DNA of 64,000 bases from contig CAZBBK010000005.1 in NCBI GenBank assembly GCA_964490075.1, positions 1 through 64,000 on the forward strand, read 5' to 3'. Below, one piece after another: positions 10,368-19,939 of this stretch (positions within the stretch are counted from its first letter, which is position 1; each line of letters begins with the position of its first letter). The notes under the pieces were generated by a model that had not been told where the DNA came from, did not search any database, and saw only the letters and a list, made by a program, of their open reading frames with translations. The DNA is from an uncultured Gemmatimonadota bacterium (GTDB taxonomy: Bacteria > GCA-2686955). The translations under genes were made by a program, and so were the position numbers.

Positions 10368-10608
10368 GCACCAACTGCCGCGTCAACCAGACCCCGAGCA
10401 AAGCGATCAGAGGCGACAGGTCGATCGCCCCCCAGGTCGAGGGCAGATTGGCGCGGATCCAGCGCAGCAAGGGGCCGGTGGTGCGCTCCAGGAACTCGCG
10501 CACCGGCGGCGGCAGATCGACCGGCACCCAGCTCAGGATGACGGTCGCCAGGATGATCAGCTCGTACCCGAACAGGGCCAGATCGAGCAGCTTTCCTACT
10601 GGGCTCAT
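10354..10608 (-). CDS. yggT: YggT family membrane protein
   Basis: ILSWV..., IDLSPLIA; 84 aa, coupled to yggS. Confidence 0.92.
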   Translation of the reverse strand: MSPVGKLLDLALFGYELIILATVILSWVPVDLPPPVREFLERTTGPLLRWIRANLPSTWGAIDLSPLIALLGVWLTRQLVHVLL

Positions 10609-11339
10609 GGTCGAGGCTCCTTGGGTCTGGGGCCGAAGATCGCGGTCCCCACGCGGATCAGCGTCGCGCCCTCTTCGACGGCGACCTCGAAGTCCTGGGT
10701 CATACCGATCGAGAGGGCGCCGGCGCTAGAGGAGAGCAGGCCGCGCGTCCGCAACGAGGCGGAGAGCCGCGCGAGCGCCGAAAAATGGGGGCGGGCCGAC
10801 TCCGGATCGGGATCGGCGGGCGGCATGGTCATCAGACCCGCCACATCGATTCGCGGGAGCTCGTCCAGCGCGCGCAGCAGCTCGTCGAGCTCCTTCGGAT
10901 CGCAGCCGCGCTTGCTCGACTCGCCGGAGATGTTGACCTGCACCAGCACCCGCTGCACCAGATCGAGCCGAGCGGCCTGGCGATCGATCGCCTCGGCCAG
11001 GCGCAACGAGTCGAGCGAGTGGATCAGGCCGGCGGCGCCTACCACGTACTTCACCTTGTTGCGCTGCAAGGGACCGATGAAGTGCCAGCGAATCGGCACA
11101 TCCACCAGCGGCGCCTTGTCGCGCAGCTCCTGGGGGCGGCTCTCGCCGAGATCGCCCAGCCCGAGCGCCCCGGCCGCCACGGCCATCGCGGCCGGAAAGC
11201 CCTTGGTCACCGCCACGATGGTGACCGGATCGGAGCGGCCGCTGCGCGCGAGCGCCGCCGCCACGCGCGCCCGCACCTCGCTCGCGCGATGCTCGATCGC
11301 GGTCCTCAGGTCCGGCATAACTCGAATCGGCTGCTCCAT
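10605..11339 (-). CDS. yggS: YggS family pyridoxal-phosphate homeostasis protein
   Basis: IVAVTK, WHFIGPLQRNK, GLMTM, LSIGMTQD and IRVGTAIFG. Start could alternatively be ATG 11318. Confidence 0.96.
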   Translation of the reverse strand: MEQPIRVMPDLRTAIEHRASEVRARVAAALARSGRSDPVTIVAVTKGFPAAMAVAAGALGLGDLGESRPQELRDKAPLVDVPIRWHFIGPLQRNKVKYVVGAAGLIHSLDSLRLAEAIDRQAARLDLVQRVLVQVNISGESSKRGCDPKELDELLRALDELPRIDVAGLMTMPPADPDPESARPHFSALARLSASLRTRGLLSSSAGALSIGMTQDFEVAVEEGATLIRVGTAIFGPRPKEPRP

Positions 11340-11346
11340 CGTCGCA

Positions 11347-11376
11347 ACGCTATCGGGGACGGGCGCGATGCGTCAA
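11347..11376 (-). promoter_or_regulatory. Sigma70-type promoter for yggS
   Basis: TTGACG-N18-TAGCGT on the minus strand. It ends 7 nt before ATG 11339, so the transcript may be leaderless. Confidence 0.5.
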
Positions 11377-11431
11377 CGGCCATACACTGAACGCGCCCGC
11401 TCTCTCCCCCTCCAACCGGAGCCAACGACCG

Positions 11432-11986
11432 ATGGGCCAACTCGACGACCGCATCTCCGACCGCCTGCGCGACTTCATTGCCGCGCAGCATCTCTTCTTC
11501 GTCGCCACCGCGCCGCGCGAGGGGCCGATCAACCTCTCTCCGAAGGGGATCGACAGCCTGCGCGTGCTCGGTCCGCGCAACGTGCGCTGGCTGAACCTGA
11601 CCGGCAGCGGCAACGAGACCGCCGCCCATCTGCGCGAGGACGACCGGATCACGCTGATGTTCTGCGCTCTGGAAGGGGCACCTTCGATCGTGCGCCTCTA
11701 CGGCCGCGCCCGGGCGATCCATCCGCGCGATCCCGACTGGGCGCGGGCGCTGGCCTCCTTCCCTGAGCTGCCGGGGACCCGGCAGATCATCGACATGGAG
11801 GTCGAGGGGGTGCAGCGCTCCTGCGGCATGGGCGTGCCGCTCTTCTCCTATCGGGGCCAGCGCCCGGAGCTCTTGCGCTGGGCCGAAGAGCAGGGACCGG
11901 AGGGGCTCGCCGACTACTGGCGCAAGAGCAACAGCGTCGCCCTGTCCGGCCGGCCCACCGGTATCGTCGCGGGCGAGGAGGACTAG
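11432..11986 (+). CDS. Pyridoxamine 5'-phosphate oxidase-like FMN-binding protein
   Basis: FFVATAP, NLSPKG, LTGSGNETAAHL, RITLMFCA, VRLYG and SCGMGVP. Confidence 0.9.
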   Translation: MGQLDDRISDRLRDFIAAQHLFFVATAPREGPINLSPKGIDSLRVLGPRNVRWLNLTGSGNETAAHLREDDRITLMFCALEGAPSIVRLYGRARAIHPRDPDWARALASFPELPGTRQIIDMEVEGVQRSCGMGVPLFSYRGQRPELLRWAEEQGPEGLADYWRKSNSVALSGRPTGIVAGEED

Positions 11987-12016
11987 AAGATCGCCGCTGC
12001 CGGCCCCGAGATTTCG

Positions 12017-12700
12017 GTGATCGTTCCGGTGCTGAACGAGGTCGCCCGGCTGCCGGCCACTCTGGCTTCGCTGGACGCGGGAGGAGCCGCGCACGAGACG
12101 ATCGTGGTCGACGGTGGCAGCCGCGACGGCAGCGCCGAGCTGGTGGCCGCGCTGGACGAGCGGGACGTCGTTCTGGAGCGGCTGGCGGAGTCCGCGCCAC
12201 GCGCCGCGGCGCTGAACCGTGGAGCGGCGCGGGCCCGCGGCCGTGTGTTGCTCTTCCTGCACGCCGACTGCCGACTGCCTCCAGGCGCACTGGCCGCGGC
12301 CCGCGATGCGGTGGCTGCCGGCGCGGTGGGTGGCGGCTTTCTCAAGCGCTACCGGCCGAGCGGCCCCCTGCTGGCGCTGAATCTCTTGTGGCTAAACCGG
12401 GTGAGGACGCTGCGCCAGCGCGCGCTGGTGGGCACCAACGCGATGTTCTGCGAGCGCCGCTTCTTCGAGTCGATCGGCGGCTTTCCCGAGGTCGCCTTGT
12501 TGGAGGACGTGATGCTCTCCGACGCCATGCGGCGCGGCGGGCGGGTGGCGATCCTGCCCGGTCCGGTGCTGGTCTCGGCGCGCAAGTACCGCGCCGGCGG
12601 CGGCCTGACGAGCACCCTGCGCAACGCCGAGATCATGCTGCGCTTTCGCCTCCTGCACCACGATCCGGAGCGCCTGGGACGGCGCTACCGGAAATCCTGA
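12017..12700 (+). CDS. GT2 glycosyltransferase (TIGR04283-like)
   Basis: (IS)VIVPVLNE, VVDGGSRD, RAAALNRGA, LLFLHAD and GGFPEVALLEDV. True start unclear (see findings). Confidence 0.85.
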   Translation: MIVPVLNEVARLPATLASLDAGGAAHETIVVDGGSRDGSAELVAALDERDVVLERLAESAPRAAALNRGAARARGRVLLFLHADCRLPPGALAAARDAVAAGAVGGGFLKRYRPSGPLLALNLLWLNRVRTLRQRALVGTNAMFCERRFFESIGGFPEVALLEDVMLSDAMRRGGRVAILPGPVLVSARKYRAGGGLTSTLRNAEIMLRFRLLHHDPERLGRRYRKS

Positions 12701-13893
12701 TGCACGCCGCCGCGGCACCGGTGGTGGAGCGCGCGTGCGAGAGCTTCTGGGCCCGGTTCGGTGCCCGTCCGGCGCGGGTCGCCATCGCGCCGGGTCGCAT
12801 CAACATCCTCGGAGGGCACACCGACTACAATCAGGGCCTGGCCCTGCCGGCGGCGATCGATCGCTGGGTGGCCGCCGCCTGCGCGTCGCGCGATGACCCG
12901 CTCTGGCGGGCGGCACACGAGGGGGACGAAGTCGAGGTGATCGGGCCCACGCCGCCGGATCGCGGACCGTCCTGGGTGCCCTACCTGCACGGCGTGGCGC
13001 GGATGCTGGCGAGGGAGTCACCACTGCCGCACGGCTTCGATCTCGCCTTCGCGGGTAGCGTGCCGATTGGTGCGGGACTGGGCTCGTCGGCGGCGCTGGA
13101 GCTGGCGCCGGCGTGCGCGCTCGATGCGCTCTATGGCCGAACCCGCACCCCGTGGGCCCGGGCGGAGCTCTGTCGCAAGGCCGAGAGCCGCCACGCCGGC
13201 GTTCCCTGCGGCCTGCTCGACCAGGTCGCTTCGGCCTGCGCGCGCCACGGACACTGGTCGGAGATCGACTTCGAGGCATCCTCGGTGCGGCCGATTCCCG
13301 TCGATCAGAGCCGCCACCGCTGGGTCGTGGTCGACTCCGCGGTGCGGCGCGCGCTCGCCGATGGGCGCTATCGGCGGCGGGTCGAGGAATGCCGCGCCGC
13401 CGCGACCGCGCTCGGCGTGTCCAGCTTGCGCACCGCGCCGCCCGGCGCCTGGAGGACGCTTCCCACCGAGATCCTCCAGCGCCGTGCCCGGCACGTGGAG
13501 TCGGAGAACGAGCGGGTGCGGGCCGGCGCCGCCGCGGCGCGCGCGGGAGCGCTCGATTCCATCGGCCGCCTGCTGGTCGAGTCCCACCTCAGCCTGCGCG
13601 ACGACTACCAGATCGGCTGCCCGGAGCTCGACTTCTTGGTCGACGCCGCGGCCGGGATCAAGGGTTGGCTCGGCGGCCGGCTGATGGGCGGCGGCTTCGG
13701 CGGTGTGACTCTGCACCTGGTTCGCCGCCACGCGGCCGAGGCCTTTCTGGCCGAGCTGCGGGCCAGATTCGAGCGCCGCTTCGGCCGTCCCACCGAGGGC
13801 TGGATCTTGCGCTCCGTCGGCGCCGCCGGGCTTTGGCCGGATCCTCGTCCACCCCGCGCTTCGGACCCGCACTCGGGCACCCAAACCCGCTAG
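12700..13893 (+). CDS. galK: Galactokinase-family GHMP sugar kinase
   Basis: APGRINILGGHTDYN, PIGAGLGSSAA, CGLLDQ, SHLSLRDDY and MGGGFGG. TGATG coupling to the GT2 gene. Confidence 0.85.
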   Translation: MHAAAAPVVERACESFWARFGARPARVAIAPGRINILGGHTDYNQGLALPAAIDRWVAAACASRDDPLWRAAHEGDEVEVIGPTPPDRGPSWVPYLHGVARMLARESPLPHGFDLAFAGSVPIGAGLGSSAALELAPACALDALYGRTRTPWARAELCRKAESRHAGVPCGLLDQVASACARHGHWSEIDFEASSVRPIPVDQSRHRWVVVDSAVRRALADGRYRRRVEECRAAATALGVSSLRTAPPGAWRTLPTEILQRRARHVESENERVRAGAAAARAGALDSIGRLLVESHLSLRDDYQIGCPELDFLVDAAAGIKGWLGGRLMGGGFGGVTLHLVRRHAAEAFLAELRARFERRFGRPTEGWILRSVGAAGLWPDPRPPRASDPHSGTQTR

Positions 13894-13941
13894 CATCGCC
13901 CCCCCTTTTCCCCACTCGTCTTCCCCCACCGAGACGCCGCC

Positions 13942-15606
13942 ATGCCCGCTCCTGCCTTGACTCGATCGGCCGCCTGGAAAGCTCTGGCCGCGCACCACCG
14001 CGAGATTCGCGAGCTGCACATGAGAGAGCTCTTTCGCGACCACCCGAAGCGCTTTTCCGAGCTCAGCATCCGCTGGCGGGAGCTGCTCTTCGACTATTCC
14101 AAGAACCGCGTCACCCCCCACACCATGGCGCTGCTCTTCGGCCTGGCGCGCCAGGAGCGCCTCGCCGAAGCGATCGACGCGATGTTCGGCGGCAAGCGGA
14201 TCAACTGGACCGAGGACCGCGCCGTGCTGCACGTGGCGCTGCGAAGCCGCGGCGCGCGCAAGTTCCTGGTCGAAGGCCGGGACGTGATGCCCGAGGTGCG
14301 CGCCGTCCTGGAGCGCATGGAGCGCTTCTCCGAGCGGGTCCGTTCCGGGCGCTGGAAGGGGCACACCGGCAAGAGGATCCGAACCGTCGTCAACATCGGA
14401 ATCGGCGGCTCCGACCTGGGTCCGGTGATGATCACCGAGGCATTGCGTCCCTACGCCAGCCGCGCTCCCGAGCTGCGCTTCGTCAGCAACATCGACGGCA
14501 GCGATCTCCATCAGAAGACACAAGACATCGATCCAGCCGAGACCCTCTTCATCGTCGCCTCCAAGACCTTCACCACGCAGGAGACGATGACCAACGCCGC
14601 GAGCGCGCGGCGCTGGCTCCTGGATGCGCTGGGCGACCAGCGCGCCGTCAAGCGACACTTCGTGGCGGTCTCCACCAACCGCGCGGCGGTCGCGGCCTTC
14701 GGAATCGACCCGAGGAATATGTTCGGATTCTGGGACTGGGTGGGGGGACGCTACTCGAGCTGGTCGGCGATCGGTCTGGCGATCTGTCTCGACGTCGGTT
14801 TCCAGCGCTTCGACGAGCTCCTGGCGGGCGCTCAGGCGATGGACGAGCATTTTCGCCGCACCCGCTTCGAGAACAACATCCCGGTGATCATGGGACTCCT
14901 GGGCATCTGGTACAACAACTTCTTCGGCTGCGCCGCACACGCGGTGCTGCCCTACGACCAGTACCTGCATCGCTTGCCCGCCTACCTGCAGCAGGCCGAC
15001 ATGGAGAGCAACGGCAAGTACGTCGATTCCGCGGGCCGGCAGGTCCGCCACCAGACCGCGCCGATCATCTTCGGCGAGCCAGGCACCAACGGCCAGCACG
15101 CCTTCTATCAGCTGCTGCACCAGGGCACCAAGATCGTACCTTGCGACTTCGTCGGCTGCGTGAGATCCCATAACCCGCTGGGCGATCACCAGCCGAAGCT
15201 GCTGGCCAATCTGCTGGCGCAGACCGAGGCCTTGATGCGCGGGCGCTCGAAGCAGGAGGTGGCCGCCGAGCTGGAGCGTCAGGGGCTGCCGGCCGAGCGG
15301 CGCGACGCGCTGTTGCCGCACAAGGTCTTCGAGGGCAACCGCCCCAGCAACACCATTCTGCTCGACCAGCTCTCTCCCTTCAACCTGGGCGCGCTGATCG
15401 CCGCGTACGAGCACAAGATCTTCGTGCAGGGCACGATCTGGCGCGTCAACAGCTTCGATCAGTGGGGCGTGGAGCTCGGTAAAGTGCTCGCGAAGCGAAT
15501 CCTCGAAGAGCAGAAAGCGCTGCGCGCCGGCGCGCGCGCCGACCTCTCGCATCACGACGCCTCGACCGCCGGGCTGATCCGCCACTGCATCAGGCGCGGA
15601 CGCTGA
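13942..15606 (+). CDS. pgi: Glucose-6-phosphate isomerase
   Basis: [47 protein letters not shown] and DQWGVELGK. Confidence 0.98.
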   Translation: MPAPALTRSAAWKALAAHHREIRELHMRELFRDHPKRFSELSIRWRELLFDYSKNRVTPHTMALLFGLARQERLAEAIDAMFGGKRINWTEDRAVLHVALRSRGARKFLVEGRDVMPEVRAVLERMERFSERVRSGRWKGHTGKRIRTVVNIGIGGSDLGPVMITEALRPYASRAPELRFVSNIDGSDLHQKTQDIDPAETLFIVASKTFTTQETMTNAASARRWLLDALGDQRAVKRHFVAVSTNRAAVAAFGIDPRNMFGFWDWVGGRYSSWSAIGLAICLDVGFQRFDELLAGAQAMDEHFRRTRFENNIPVIMGLLGIWYNNFFGCAAHAVLPYDQYLHRLPAYLQQADMESNGKYVDSAGRQVRHQTAPIIFGEPGTNGQHAFYQLLHQGTKIVPCDFVGCVRSHNPLGDHQPKLLANLLAQTEALMRGRSKQEVAAELERQGLPAERRDALLPHKVFEGNRPSNTILLDQLSPFNLGALIAAYEHKIFVQGTIWRVNSFDQWGVELGKVLAKRILEEQKALRAGARADLSHHDASTAGLIRHCIRRGR

Positions 15607-15654
15607 GGAGCGGGGTTACCATGGTGCATCCCGTTCGACGATGGAAGCCCGCTC

Positions 15655-17097
15655 ATGATTCCGCCCCCCGGCGCGCCGCCCTTCGGCGTCGCTTCGCTCA
15701 CGCTTCTTCTCGCAACCACCGTCCACGCCATCGCGCCGGTCGGTTCGCCTCGGACCCAGCTCGCCCCGCGCCCTCCGCAAAGCGTCATCATGCCGCTCGG
15801 CGATTCGATCACCCACGGCGGACAGGGGCACGCCTCGTTCCGTTATCCGCTCTACTTCGCGCTCGATGAGCTGGGCTTCGCGACCGACTTCGTCGGCACC
15901 GAGACGACCGTCTACGGCGGCGACGGATGGGACAACCCCGATACCACCCTCTACCCGGACTACTACCGGAGCTTCGATCGAGAGCACGAGGGCCACTGGG
16001 GTTACCGCAGCGACGAGATCGTGCCCCTGGTCATCGACGCGGCGGAGCTCGCTCTGCCCGACTTCGCGCTGATCCACCTAGGCACCAACGACGTCGGCCA
16101 ATGGGGCCCCTACGGCGTCGACAACACGATCGCGAACCTGCCCAGGATCGTCGACAACCTGCGCTCCGTGCGACCGGTGATCCGGGTCCTTCTTGCGCAG
16201 ATCATCCCGATCGGGCCCGGCAGCGGCTACTACGCCAACGCCGGCCAAGTCGGACCCCTGAACGACGCCATCGCCGAGCTGGCGGCGAATCTCGACCGCG
16301 CCGCCTCGCCGGTGCTCCTGGTCGATCAGCACAGCGGCTTCGATCTCGCGACCGAGATGCAACAAGACGGCCTGCACCCGAACCCGGCCGGCGAGGAACG
16401 CATGGCCGCCGTCTGGCTCCAGTCCCTGGCACCCGAGCTCGACATCCCCCTTCCCCCACCCCATCCCGACATCGACATCGCCAACCCCGGCTTCGAATCG
16501 CTCGACCTGGCCGATGGCCAGGCGGTCGATCTGCCGGACTCGATCGGCTGGAGCTTCGGCGTCACTCCGGGAGCGCTGGCCGGTGTGTTCAATCCCGGTG
16601 CCGACACCTATCTCGGCGCCGCCGGCTCCGGAACCCCGGCTGGAGCCGAGGGCGATGAGGTGTGCTACCTCTACAACGGCTGGGGCTGGGGCGAGAAAGC
16701 GTCGATCTTCCAGACTCTGCCGACGACCTGGGAGCCGGCAACTCGTTACACGGCGACGATCGCGGTAGGCAACCGTCTCGGAGGGAATCCGTACGGACCG
16801 TCGAGCTACGGCGGCTATCGCATCGATCTCTTCGCCGGCAACGAAATCGTCGCCACCACCAGCGACCAGGTAGTACCCGCCGTGGGCGAATTCGCCGACG
16901 TTTCGGTGGCGGTGTCGAGCGACAGCATCGCCGCCGAGCTGCCCGGTCGACTGATGACGATTCGGCTCGGCTTGACCAGCGACGATCCGGTGACGGCGAC
17001 CGATTTCGACAACCTGCGGCTGACGCGACAGGGGTCCGCCAGGGGATCCCGCCCGGGGCGTCGGGCGCCGATGAGAGCAAGGACCGGCTATCGATAG
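15655..17097 (+). CDS. Secreted SGNH/GDSL esterase with C-terminal carbohydrate-binding-like domain
   Basis: Blocks GDSIT, HEGHWG, LGTND and DGLHP; then an NPGFE...DFDNLRL jelly-roll-like domain; signal peptide. Confidence 0.87.
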   Translation: MIPPPGAPPFGVASLTLLLATTVHAIAPVGSPRTQLAPRPPQSVIMPLGDSITHGGQGHASFRYPLYFALDELGFATDFVGTETTVYGGDGWDNPDTTLYPDYYRSFDREHEGHWGYRSDEIVPLVIDAAELALPDFALIHLGTNDVGQWGPYGVDNTIANLPRIVDNLRSVRPVIRVLLAQIIPIGPGSGYYANAGQVGPLNDAIAELAANLDRAASPVLLVDQHSGFDLATEMQQDGLHPNPAGEERMAAVWLQSLAPELDIPLPPPHPDIDIANPGFESLDLADGQAVDLPDSIGWSFGVTPGALAGVFNPGADTYLGAAGSGTPAGAEGDEVCYLYNGWGWGEKASIFQTLPTTWEPATRYTATIAVGNRLGGNPYGPSSYGGYRIDLFAGNEIVATTSDQVVPAVGEFADVSVAVSSDSIAAELPGRLMTIRLGLTSDDPVTATDFDNLRLTRQGSARGSRPGRRAPMRARTGYR

Positions 17098-18194
17098 TCG
17101 ATGCGGCTGCGACGCCGCTCCTCGCCACGCTCCAGCGCGCATGCAATGAGCCGATCGAGGAGCTCCGCGTAGCCGATGCCCACCGCCTCGAAGAGCTTCG
17201 GATACATGCTGATCGAGGTGAAGCCGGGCATGGTGTTGATCTCGTTGACGAAGATCCTCTGGTCGGCGGGGCGCAGCAGGAAGTCGACCCGCGCCAGGCC
17301 GGCACAGTCCAGCGCCTGAAAGGCGCGCAGCGCGTAGTCGCGGATCGTCTCGGCCACGGCATCGTCGAGCGGCGCCGGGATCAGCAGCTCCGAGGTGCCG
17401 TCCTGGTACTTCGCGGCGTAGTCGTAGAACTCCCGCGAAGGCCGCACCTCGCCCGCCACCGAGGCTTGCGGCCGATCGTTGCCGAGCACCGCCACCTCGA
17501 TCTCGCGGGCCTCGTGCACCGCCGCCTCGGCCAAGATGCGGCGGTCGTACTGCGCCGCCAGGTCGAAGGCGGCCCCCACCTCGCCCGCCTCGTGCACCTT
17601 CGAGATCCCAACACTGGAGCCCATGTTGGCCGGCTTGACGAAGAAGGGGTAGCCGAGCGCTCCTTCGCAGCGCGAGCGCATCGCGTTCGGATCGCCTTCC
17701 CAGTCCTTTCGCGAAACCACGACGCCGGGCGCGACGGGGAGGCCGGCGTCGCGGAAGATCGCCTTCATTGCCCCCTTGTCCATTCCGACCGCCGAGGCCA
17801 GCACCCCGGAGCCTACGTAGGGGATTCCGGCCAGCTCGAGCAGCCCCTGCACCGTGCCGTCCTCGCCGAAGGGGCCGTGCAGCACGGGAACGACCACGTC
17901 GATCGGAGCGGGTGCTTCGGTCGCGGAGCCGAGTGTCAAGAGCGCCCCCTGGTGGGTCGGATCGGCCGGCAGGATGCAGTCCCCCTGATCGATGCGCAGG
18001 GCTCCGCCGGTAAGTGTCGCCAGGGGATCGCCGGAGACGATCCAACGCCCCTCCTTGGTGATGCCGATCGGGATGGTCTCGTAGCGTTCGGGGTCGAGCG
18101 CGGCCAGCACCGACTGCGCCGAGAGCAGAGAGATCTCGTGCTCGCCGGAGCGACCGCCGAAGAGAACACCGACCCGCAGCTTCTTTGCCTTCAC
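17088..18194 (-). CDS. ddl: D-alanine--D-alanine ligase
   Basis: GGRSGEHEIS, LHGPFGEDG, VKPANMGSSVG, FYDYAAKY and NEINTMPGFT. Confidence 0.97.
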   Translation of the reverse strand: MKAKKLRVGVLFGGRSGEHEISLLSAQSVLAALDPERYETIPIGITKEGRWIVSGDPLATLTGGALRIDQGDCILPADPTHQGALLTLGSATEAPAPIDVVVPVLHGPFGEDGTVQGLLELAGIPYVGSGVLASAVGMDKGAMKAIFRDAGLPVAPGVVVSRKDWEGDPNAMRSRCEGALGYPFFVKPANMGSSVGISKVHEAGEVGAAFDLAAQYDRRILAEAAVHEAREIEVAVLGNDRPQASVAGEVRPSREFYDYAAKYQDGTSELLIPAPLDDAVAETIRDYALRAFQALDCAGLARVDFLLRPADQRIFVNEINTMPGFTSISMYPKLFEAVGIGYAELLDRLIACALERGEERRRSRIDYR

Positions 18195-19168
18195 GCGCGC
18201 GTCCTCCAGAGCCGCAGCAGCTCGTGCTCCCGATCCGCAGAGAGCCCGGCGCGCAGCTCGCCGCGATCACCGAGCCAGGCCGCCGTGTCGGTGATGGTCT
18301 CGGCCAGCGCGCGGGTGCGCAGGCCGGCCGCCAGCGCCCGCTCGATGCTCACGGCGTTGAATCCGGCGGAGCCGGCGACCCAGAGCGGCAGCTCGGTATA
18401 GGGCTTCACATCCTGCTCGATCAGGAAGTCGTTGTCGACCCACTCGAAGCGGGCATCGCTCGCCGGCGCCAGGCGACAAGAATCGAGCACGGCGCCCATG
18501 GTGGTCGGCTCGACCGGCCCGGTCGCGTGGTAGATGCCGCGGCGCTCCTGGATCAGACAATCGAGCATGAAGCGCGCCAGGTCGCGGGCGTCGATGATCT
18601 GCACCGGCGCCCCCGGCTCTCCCGGAGCCAACATCTCGCCGCCGCGCGCCACCCGCCACACCCACCAGGTGAAGCGATCGGAAGGATCGTGGGGGCCGAC
18701 GATCAGACCGGGGCGGATGTTCAGCGCACGACCCGGGAGCTCCTCCTCCACCGCCGCCTCGCAGAGCGCCTTCAGCCCGCCGTAGCTCGGTCCGGTGATC
18801 TCCTCGGTGTCGGGATCGTCGAGACGCGCCAGCGCCGCCGATTCGTCGAGACCGGGCCGGTCGGGATCGGCGAGCACCGAGAGCGTCGACACGAAGAGAT
18901 AGCGCCCAACCGAGTCGGCCAGGAGCCGCGCCGAGTCACGCACCAGCCGCGGCAGATAGCCGCAAGTGTCGACCACCGCGTCCCAGCGCCGGCCGCGCAG
19001 CAAATCGAGACCGCCGTCGCGATCGCCCTCGATGCGCTCGATCTCGGGGAAGAGCCCGGGATTGCTGCGGCCGCGGTTGAAGAGAGTGAGCCGGTGGCCC
19101 TCGGCCGAGGCGAGCTCGACCAGGTGGCGCCCGAGGAATAAGGTGCCGCCGATGATCAGGATCTTCAT
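18191..19168 (-). CDS. NAD-dependent epimerase/atypical SDR family protein
   Basis: GGTLFLG Rossmann motif, YGGLK and RPGLIVGPHD. Confidence 0.9.
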   Translation of the reverse strand: MKILIIGGTLFLGRHLVELASAEGHRLTLFNRGRSNPGLFPEIERIEGDRDGGLDLLRGRRWDAVVDTCGYLPRLVRDSARLLADSVGRYLFVSTLSVLADPDRPGLDESAALARLDDPDTEEITGPSYGGLKALCEAAVEEELPGRALNIRPGLIVGPHDPSDRFTWWVWRVARGGEMLAPGEPGAPVQIIDARDLARFMLDCLIQERRGIYHATGPVEPTTMGAVLDSCRLAPASDARFEWVDNDFLIEQDVKPYTELPLWVAGSAGFNAVSIERALAAGLRTRALAETITDTAAWLGDRGELRAGLSADREHELLRLWRTRA

Positions 19169-19218
19169 GGGACCGAGCTTCGTTCATCCCACCGATGCCG
19201 CGCCTCCCGAACGAGCAG

Positions 19219-19719
19219 CTAGTTGATCGTAAAGCAATCGGGCCGGCCGCTCAGCGGGAAGCCGCAATCGGTGATGCCGTTCCAACTCAAGCGGCTGCCG
19301 ACATCGAGGGTCAGGGTGGCGTGGGTGTTGATCAGGTAGCCCATGGTGACGACCCAGACGTAGCCGGGCGGGTTCTCCGGCAGGACGCCGAAGTCGACCG
19401 CGCCGCTGGTCAGGATGAAGGCGTAGGGGTTGGTCTGTCCGCAGAAGTAGAAGGCATCGGCGCGCAGCAGATTGTCCGGGGGACCGGTCAGATCGAGCAG
19501 CGTGGTGATCTCGAGGGTCTCTCCGAAGTCGAAACCGCCGCCGACGACGATCTCGCAGTCGACCCCGGCTGCGTCGAAGGTCGCGAGGCGAGCTCGCTCG
19601 GCGTGGGCGGAGACCGGAACCAGAGGCCGAGAATCCTGCGCGCGCTCGGCGGCCAGGGCGAGGCCGGCGCTCAGGGTCAAGAGGCCGATTGTCGCGAAGA
19701 GGGCGGATGTCTTTCTCAT
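19219..19719 (-). CDS. Secreted hypothetical protein (4 Cys)
   Basis: Signal peptide MRKTSALF...ALA, GGGAG upstream, strong GC3 bias. Confidence 0.7.
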   Translation of the reverse strand: MRKTSALFATIGLLTLSAGLALAAERAQDSRPLVPVSAHAERARLATFDAAGVDCEIVVGGGFDFGETLEITTLLDLTGPPDNLLRADAFYFCGQTNPYAFILTSGAVDFGVLPENPPGYVWVVTMGYLINTHATLTLDVGSRLSWNGITDCGFPLSGRPDCFTIN

Positions 19720-19939
19720 CGTGACCACTCCCGTGGATGGGGTTGAATCGTTCGCCGCGTTGGGCCGGGCCGTGTTGGCGCGGAGCCGCGGCGTCGGGGA
19801 TGGGATCGTGGTCGCTATTCAGCGGGGTGGTCTTGGGGGGATCTGCGTGGAGGCGCGTTATGGTTGCCGCAACCACTTGATCACGATAGAGTTGCATCGC
19901 TCATACTCGTCCTGTCCAGCATCCCACGCGGAACCGATC

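Noticed and set aside
11984-11986. TAG as a pyrrolysine codon or genome-wide recoding
   Set aside because: Many genes here end normally at TAG (galK, ALT, hisS, ddl) and no pyl genes are seen.
17088-18194. Ddl as a Van-type D-Ala-D-Lac ligase
   Set aside because: The omega loop FYDYAAKY is the ordinary D-Ala-D-Ala type and no van genes are nearby.
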